Notes under the pieces: generated by a model | Seen by the model: the letters and a program-made list of their open reading frames with translations, nothing else | The model's database searches: none | What the model was told of the DNA's origin: nothing | Shown: positions 58,829 to 64,000 of the stretch, in pieces | Layout: every line of letters starts with the position of its first letter | How positions within the stretch are numbered: position 1 is the first letter of the stretch | NCBI GenBank assembly: GCA_038741355.1 | Contig: JAVYLC010000001.1 | Span: 9,119 to 73,118, forward strand | Source of the DNA: Nitrososphaerota archaeon | GTDB taxonomy: Archaea; Thermoproteota; Nitrososphaeria_A; Caldarchaeales; Calditenuaceae | Reading direction: 5' to 3' | DNA: 64,000 bases | Translations under genes and position numbers: made by a program

Positions 58829-58875
58829 GGATACTCGCGTAGGAGGAGTGTTGAGAGATACTTAAACTGTCTTTT

Positions 58876-60216
58876 TTAACTTTCACTCAGCTCTTCGACA
58901 GTCCTGTTTGCGGTCTCAAGCCCACGCACCAGCCAGGCTAAAGTAGCTGCTAGGCCTGCGCCCCAGAGGATCACCGAGGCTGCGAGGAACTCAGACGCGG
59001 TGAATATGTTCTCCGTGAGGACCATTAGGGCGCCGCTGACGCCTGTCAGGCCTGTCAAAACACCTACAGCGGTGGCCCTGATGCCTGTGGGGAAGAGCTC
59101 GCTCTGTAGGGCGCTTACCGCGCCCCAGGCCCACTCCGAGAAGACTAGGCAGAGGAGGAGTGTGGTGTAGAAGTGAAGAGGCAGTCCAAGGTCGTGTGTG
59201 AGCAGTACTAGTGCTGCGAAAATTGTCCCCAACAGGAAGGAGAGGAGGGTGGAAAGCCTCCTACTCCTATCTATTAGCGGCCAGAGGAGAGGTGCGCCTA
59301 TCGAGGCTCCGAGATTTGCGACGAAAATGACTAGGGGTGCCGACTCGGCGCCGAAGGTGAAGCCCTTGGCGTATGGAGCATAGTAGGCCATCATCCCATA
59401 GGTAACATACTGTGATACGGTTATGATTGAGAGGATGGTGAACCGGTATAGGAAGCCGATGCCAACACCTCCGGCAGTTTTTTCGGTTCTGGCTATTGCT
59501 TGGCTTGGGAGTGGTTGAGGCTGCCTGGCTCCAATCTCTGCCGAGACCCTCGCAGCCTCAGACGCCCTCCCTATATGTAGTAGCCATCGCGGCGACTCAG
59601 GGACCATGAGCCTAATCATCGCCACAAGTCCGAGTGTAGCTATGGTTGCGAGGAGGATGTACTGGATCTGGATGTCAGGGTCAGAGTATATTGCTCTGAA
59701 TACTAGTGCTGCTCCTGCTATAGCCGCGCTCCCGACGTTCCAGAAATTGGTTGAGAGGAGGATGGCCTTCCCCCTATACCTTGCTGGAACCAACTCGGCC
59801 AAGGCCGCATAAGATGCACCGAAGTCGCCACCCACACTGAAGCTCATTAGAGAGGTCAGGACCAAGACGGCCAAGGGGGATTTGTAGAGGAAAAATAGGA
59901 GTCCAGTCGAGAGGGCCTGTATCGAGTTTATCAGGAAGAGGCAGAACTTCCGGCCACGCCTATCTGCAAGGTATCCGAAGAAGACTGAGCCCGCCGTCTC
60001 CGCGAGAAGGTTGGAGGCAAAGATGATCGTGGCGAGATCTGGTGCAATGATAACGGCCGTCAGAGGAGCTATCGCGAAGACTATTCCATCGAGCAGATAG
60101 TTGAGGGAGACTGCTGTGAAAAGGTACCAGTGCGGGCGCCTCCAACCGGCAGACTCGAGGGACGATAGGATCTCCTCTCTCGACAATTTCGGTGGAGTGT
60201 GGGGGTCTTGCTTCAT
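58876..60216 (-). CDS. MFS transporter (metabolite:H+ symporter-like)
   Basis: 446 aa, GYLADRRGRK and PESPRWL motifs. Confidence 0.8.
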   Translation of the reverse strand: MKQDPHTPPKLSREEILSSLESAGWRRPHWYLFTAVSLNYLLDGIVFAIAPLTAVIIAPDLATIIFASNLLAETAGSVFFGYLADRRGRKFCLFLINSIQALSTGLLFFLYKSPLAVLVLTSLMSFSVGGDFGASYAALAELVPARYRGKAILLSTNFWNVGSAAIAGAALVFRAIYSDPDIQIQYILLATIATLGLVAMIRLMVPESPRWLLHIGRASEAARVSAEIGARQPQPLPSQAIARTEKTAGGVGIGFLYRFTILSIITVSQYVTYGMMAYYAPYAKGFTFGAESAPLVIFVANLGASIGAPLLWPLIDRSRRLSTLLSFLLGTIFAALVLLTHDLGLPLHFYTTLLLCLVFSEWAWGAVSALQSELFPTGIRATAVGVLTGLTGVSGALMVLTENIFTASEFLAASVILWGAGLAATLAWLVRGLETANRTVEELSES

Positions 60217-60250
60217 ATAAAGCGGTCTATAACCAGGTTATGGACGGGCT

Positions 60251-60931
60251 TTATCTCTTCGGCACAAAGGGCCAAGCCTCCCTGCGATGCGCAGAGTCCC
60301 AGAAGAGATATTCGTATATCGTAGAGACTCTGAAATATAGTTCCGCCTCCTCCAGCTCCACCGCACCAGCACTCGCACCCACCTCCCCGGCCAACCTGAT
60401 TATACGGTCCACAGCCTGCTCGTAGTCTGGTGAGGAGTAGGTGTTTATCCAGCGGCTATATGTCTCGACTGGCGAGCCCTTCTTAGACAGTTCTCTCCCC
60501 ACCTCTAGGTACACCCAGAAGCAGGGGAGTATCGCTGACAAGCCGATGAGGAATGGCTTCTCGTAGGCTGAGGCAATGAGAAAATCTGTGTAGGCCCTAT
60601 TGGTCGGCGTCATTTGGTATTGCTGGAGGTCTGCCATTCTGATGCCCCACTGGGAGAGGAGGAAGTCGTGAAGTGTGGCACGTTCAACAGAGAGTGCATC
60701 GCGTGCGGCTGAGATGAGTGTGAGGGCCGCGTCGTCGTCCGGCGCCTTGGCCCCTACAAGTGCAACGGCCTTGGCGAACCTACTGAGATAGAGGGCGTCC
60801 TGAATGATGTATCCCCTGAAGACCTCCAAGTCAAGGCTTCCATCAGTTAGCCCTGTTAGGAACGGGTGTGCCAGAATAGCCTCATAGATGTCTCTGACCG
60901 AGAACCATAAACGGTCAGTGAAGCTGCTCAA
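60251..60931 (-). CDS. tenA: TenA-family thiaminase II / aminopyrimidine aminohydrolase
   Basis: HPFLTGLTDGSLDLEVFRGYIIQDALYL; TTG start. Confidence 0.7.
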   Translation of the reverse strand: MSSFTDRLWFSVRDIYEAILAHPFLTGLTDGSLDLEVFRGYIIQDALYLSRFAKAVALVGAKAPDDDAALTLISAARDALSVERATLHDFLLSQWGIRMADLQQYQMTPTNRAYTDFLIASAYEKPFLIGLSAILPCFWVYLEVGRELSKKGSPVETYSRWINTYSSPDYEQAVDRIIRLAGEVGASAGAVELEEAELYFRVSTIYEYLFWDSAHRREAWPFVPKR

Positions 60932-60941
60932 GGTCTACCGC

Positions 60942-61586
60942 TCACCCGCCATAGATGGAGTCCCAGAAGCCGAGCTCATAGCTCTGGATCATCCTGGAGA
61001 CAAGCCGAGCCCTCGCCTCGATACCGGGCATATATCTCTCAAGAATCCTTCCACCCTCCTCCTCAATCCATCCGGGTGGATTGGCGAAGGCATCTAGGAA
61101 CTCAGTAGACCTGATCCCATAGTTCTTCCTGAGCGAAGATGAAAGTCTCTCACAAGCGCGGCCCCAGACCGGCAGATTCACGACCAATGCGGCCACCTGC
61201 TCACCAACTACACCATAAAGGGCGAGCCAAGCGAGATAGTGAGTATAGGCGACAGCACCTGGCATGACCCTCAACTCACTAAACTCCCTGAAAGGTACCT
61301 CCAACTCCTCGCCGAGCCTGAGTAGTGCTTGGAATGCTGTGAGGTCTCCCAGCTGAAGACGTGATAGGTAATCCGCCTCGTCGGGGTGTGTGGCCCTGCT
61401 AACCATAACAGCTAGGCTCCTCAAGTCGTGATAAACAATGTAGTACTGGTTCTCTATGAAGAGTTTCAACTTTTCCCTGGATAGAAGCCCCTTCTCCGCC
61501 TCATTGAGGAATGGGTGATGCTCTATACGTCTGTTTAAGGTCTCAAGCTCTCTGCGGAGACCCTCGATGAGGTTGCGTCCCCTCAC
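60942..61586 (-). CDS. TenA/PqqC-like haem-oxygenase-fold protein (second paralogue)
   Basis: HHPFLNEAEKGLLSREKLKLFIENQYYIV. Confidence 0.55.
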   Translation of the reverse strand: MRGRNLIEGLRRELETLNRRIEHHPFLNEAEKGLLSREKLKLFIENQYYIVYHDLRSLAVMVSRATHPDEADYLSRLQLGDLTAFQALLRLGEELEVPFREFSELRVMPGAVAYTHYLAWLALYGVVGEQVAALVVNLPVWGRACERLSSSLRKNYGIRSTEFLDAFANPPGWIEEEGGRILERYMPGIEARARLVSRMIQSYELGFWDSIYGG

Positions 61587-61716
61587 GGAGGCGGATTGGC
61601 CTTTGGCCTATTTAACCCGAGTGATAAGCCGCTGATTAGAGGTGTAGCTGATAAAGTCTGATACACTTATATACCGGGGGCCGCATTATATCTCGTCCTA
61701 AAGTGGTTGGAAAGGT

Positions 61717-62154
61717 TTGGAAAGAGTAGACAAAATTGAAAGCCTAACACCAAGCTCTCGGAACGTAAACATTGTCGCAAAAGTAGTCTCTAAGAGTGAG
61801 CCCCGCTCTGTAGGAAGCCAATATGACCAAAGCCAACACCAGCTAGTCGAGTCGCTCATAGCCGACGAGACAGGAGCAATACAGCTAGTACTATGGGACG
61901 AGAACATAAACAAGATAAACGAGGGCGACACAGTCAAGATCACCAACGCCTTTGTAAAGGTCTTCAGAGGTAAGATGCAGCTGAACTTGGGGAGATACGG
62001 AAAACTCGAAATAACCGGTGAGGAGCTTAGTAACGTGAATGTCGAGAACAATCTATCCGAGAAGACAGTATATCAGGGTACGACGAGGCCTGGGGGCGCC
62101 AGGCGGCGGGGCTGGTCTCCTAGGGGGCCTCGCACCAGATTCGGTAGCGAGTAA
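61717..62154 (+). CDS. ssb: crenarchaeal single-OB-fold ssDNA-binding protein
   Basis: IESLTPSSRNVNIVAKV..ADETGAIQLVLWDE..GDTVKITNAFVKVFRGKMQLNLG plus R/G-rich tail, as in Sulfolobus SSB. Confidence 0.75.
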   Translation: MERVDKIESLTPSSRNVNIVAKVVSKSEPRSVGSQYDQSQHQLVESLIADETGAIQLVLWDENINKINEGDTVKITNAFVKVFRGKMQLNLGRYGKLEITGEELSNVNVENNLSEKTVYQGTTRPGGARRRGWSPRGPRTRFGSE

Positions 62155-62157
62155 AAC

Positions 62158-63450
62158 TCACTCAAGAGGCTCGACTAGGAGAACCCTGTCCTCAACACCA
62201 ATAACTTTTATTGTTTGATTTTGTTTAACAGGCTTTAGTGCCTTTGCTCTCCTATACTCCCCAGCCACGACCACGTAGCCGATCTCGCCAGCGTCGATAT
62301 CCTCGACAGACCGCCCAATCTTTGCTACGGGCGCTAGCTCGAAAGATTTCCGCCTAACCGTCCGGAGCGCCTTATAGAGTATGAAGGCGGTTATGCCTCC
62401 CCCAAAGGCCGCTACTAGGCCGATAGCAACTTGAAGCTCGTTAAACCACTCTTGTGACACGTAAATCACCCCAGGAGGCGCCCGTACTAGAAGGATCAGT
62501 CCCAGTGATAATAAAATGACTCCACCCACCATTGCAGCCATTATTCCGCCGGAGTAGAACTCGTAGAGTATGAGTACTGAGCCTAAGATTATGAGTGCAA
62601 GTCCTGCCCAGTTTAGGTTAAACCCTTGCCCCACGAGCCCTAAAACTATCAGCACGCCTCCCAGTAACTCCGCGCCGAAACCGGGCGAGGAGAGACCAAC
62701 TATGAGTATCAGGACGCCAAGGGTTAGCAGTAGACCGGAGACGAGCGGGTCGCTCAGAAACTGAAGCACCTGAATCCTAACATCTGGATCAACTCTCACT
62801 AACCTTGCGCCGCGGGTGTTGAGGGTGATTTCGCCGTGGATAGTTTTGACCTTAGTTCCATCAGCTTTCTCCAATATCTCAGAAATATCCGCGGCGATTA
62901 TCTCTATCACACCATACCTCAAAGCGGCCTCTGGTCCCAAGTTATCGTTATGTGTAACAAAGCGAGCAGCCTGTGTCTCATTTCTGCCGTGCAGCCTAGC
63001 CATGCTTCTCATCTTCTCGACGAGAAAGTTGATGAGTTTGGTGTCATTGGAGGGAACCCCATTGACCACAGGCTGGGCAGACCCGATGGTTGTGTAGGGG
63101 GCCATTGCTGCAAGGCTTGAGGCCATCAAGATGTATGTGCCTGCGGAGAGGGATTGGCCGCCTGGTGGATAAACGTAGACTATTGTGGGTGTTGACGACT
63201 CCATCATGGCGTCTATTATCTTGAATGTGGAGTCGCCTAATCCACCGAAGGTGTCTATCGTTATAAGGACGGCTCTATAGCCTCTAGCGCCTTCTAAGGC
63301 GGTGGTAATGTACTCGGCGGTGGCTGGTGATATATTGCCTGAGATATTGAGCCACATTATCTCCCCCTGACCCGCGGCCAGAGGGACAAGTAGGGAGGCA
63401 TAGAGTATGAGGATAGTGGATGAAACCGCTAACCTTGATGTCGCCCTCAA
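62158..63450 (-). CDS. NfeD-family membrane-bound ClpP-class serine protease
   Basis: Signal/TM, ClpP-like domain (IDTFGG, SAGTYI), TM block, C-terminal OB; directly downstream of the stomatin gene. Confidence 0.8.
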   Translation of the reverse strand: MRATSRLAVSSTILILYASLLVPLAAGQGEIMWLNISGNISPATAEYITTALEGARGYRAVLITIDTFGGLGDSTFKIIDAMMESSTPTIVYVYPPGGQSLSAGTYILMASSLAAMAPYTTIGSAQPVVNGVPSNDTKLINFLVEKMRSMARLHGRNETQAARFVTHNDNLGPEAALRYGVIEIIAADISEILEKADGTKVKTIHGEITLNTRGARLVRVDPDVRIQVLQFLSDPLVSGLLLTLGVLILIVGLSSPGFGAELLGGVLIVLGLVGQGFNLNWAGLALIILGSVLILYEFYSGGIMAAMVGGVILLSLGLILLVRAPPGVIYVSQEWFNELQVAIGLVAAFGGGITAFILYKALRTVRRKSFELAPVAKIGRSVEDIDAGEIGYVVVAGEYRRAKALKPVKQNQTIKVIGVEDRVLLVEPLE

Positions 63451-63460
63451 GACCTAGGCT

Positions 63461-64000
63461 CTACTTTTTCTGACTCTCCTGCGCGACACCCCTCGTGACG
63501 CCTAGCAAGCTTCCCAGCGCGCCTCCCCCCTCGGTAACTATTATCAGGTTCTTCTCCCTCGCAATCTCAGCCCAGGTCTGGAGCTCCCTCAATCGCATGG
63601 CATAGGGATTCGTTGCATAGGCGGCAGCGGCATCAGACATTTTCTGAGCTGCGAGGAGCTCCCCTTCAGCCATTATAACCCTACTCCTCTTCTCCCTCTC
63701 CGCCTCGGCCTGCTTAGCCATCGCCCTCTGCATAGACTCGGGGAGAACGACATCCCTGATTGAGACGTTTGTTACCTTAATCCCCCAGGGCTCCGTCGCC
63801 TCGTCCAGAATAGCCTGTATCCTCCTGTTTAGTTCATCCCTCCTCGCCAAGAGATCATCCAGTTCGACCTGTCCTATGACGTCTCTTAGAGTCGTCTGCG
63901 CCAATAGGCTGGTTGCAATCTGATAGTCCCTCACCCTCAGGACGGCTGCCATCGGGTCCTCTACCCTCATGTAAACGACTGCGTCAACCTCCACTGTCAC
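63461..64000 (-). CDS. stomatin/prohibitin (SPFH, band 7) protein, 5' end outside the window
   Basis: ..TLRDVIG..LDDLL..R..LN..I..LDEAT..WGIKV..V.I.D..LP..MQRAMAKQAEAEREKR.. Confidence 0.85.
   Translation of the reverse strand: MTVEVDAVVYMRVEDPMAAVLRVRDYQIATSLLAQTTLRDVIGQVELDDLLARRDELNRRIQAILDEATEPWGIKVTNVSIRDVVLPESMQRAMAKQAEAEREKRSRVIMAEGELLAAQKMSDAAAAYATNPYAMRLRELQTWAEIAREKNLIIVTEGGGALGSLLGVTRGVAQESQKK

Overview
This 64-kb window looks like a chromosomal segment from a GC-rich hyperthermophilic crenarchaeon (Thermoprotei-type). The markers for that call are Hjc resolvase, a crenarchaeal OB-fold SSB with an RGG tail, RpoP, RNase P protein Rpp21, AglB/STT3, an A-type ATPase proteolipid, a full-length type-A-like RNase P RNA, and archaeal rRNA introns with LAGLIDADG genes. 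About 60 protein genes are mostly housekeeping, transport and respiration: a BMP-type ABC importer, five MFS transporters, cydAB, haem-copper oxidase subunits II and I, a leuA-like gene plus leuCD, TenA x2, and NfeD-stomatin. The RNA genes are tRNA-Leu(GAG), RNase P RNA, and a 23S rRNA gene on the minus strand. The 23S gene has two introns, its own TATA box and flanking processing stem, and no adjacent 16S. The most unusual locus is 38.0-40.3 kb. A roughly 2-kb block appears to be inserted into a repeated 125-nt intergenic element, which has an uninterrupted copy at 21.7 kb. The block carries an IS110-like (DEDD/Transposase_20-like) recombinase gene with an in-frame TAA. Upstream of that gene lies more than 1 kb of ORF-free, GC-rich, hairpin-dense DNA, including a ~280-nt structured leader that is a candidate guide (bridge-like) RNA. 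A decayed second copy of the same element family lies at 11.9-12.3 kb. At least four other genes (hjc, cydA, haem-copper oxidase subunit I, a RadB-like ATPase) have broken or run-on reading frames. Three of these breaks (hjc, cydA, oxidase subunit I) sit at or near G-runs, so indel errors in the assembly must be excluded before any are called pseudogenes. All protein and RNA family assignments rest on motifs read by eye; no database search was run.
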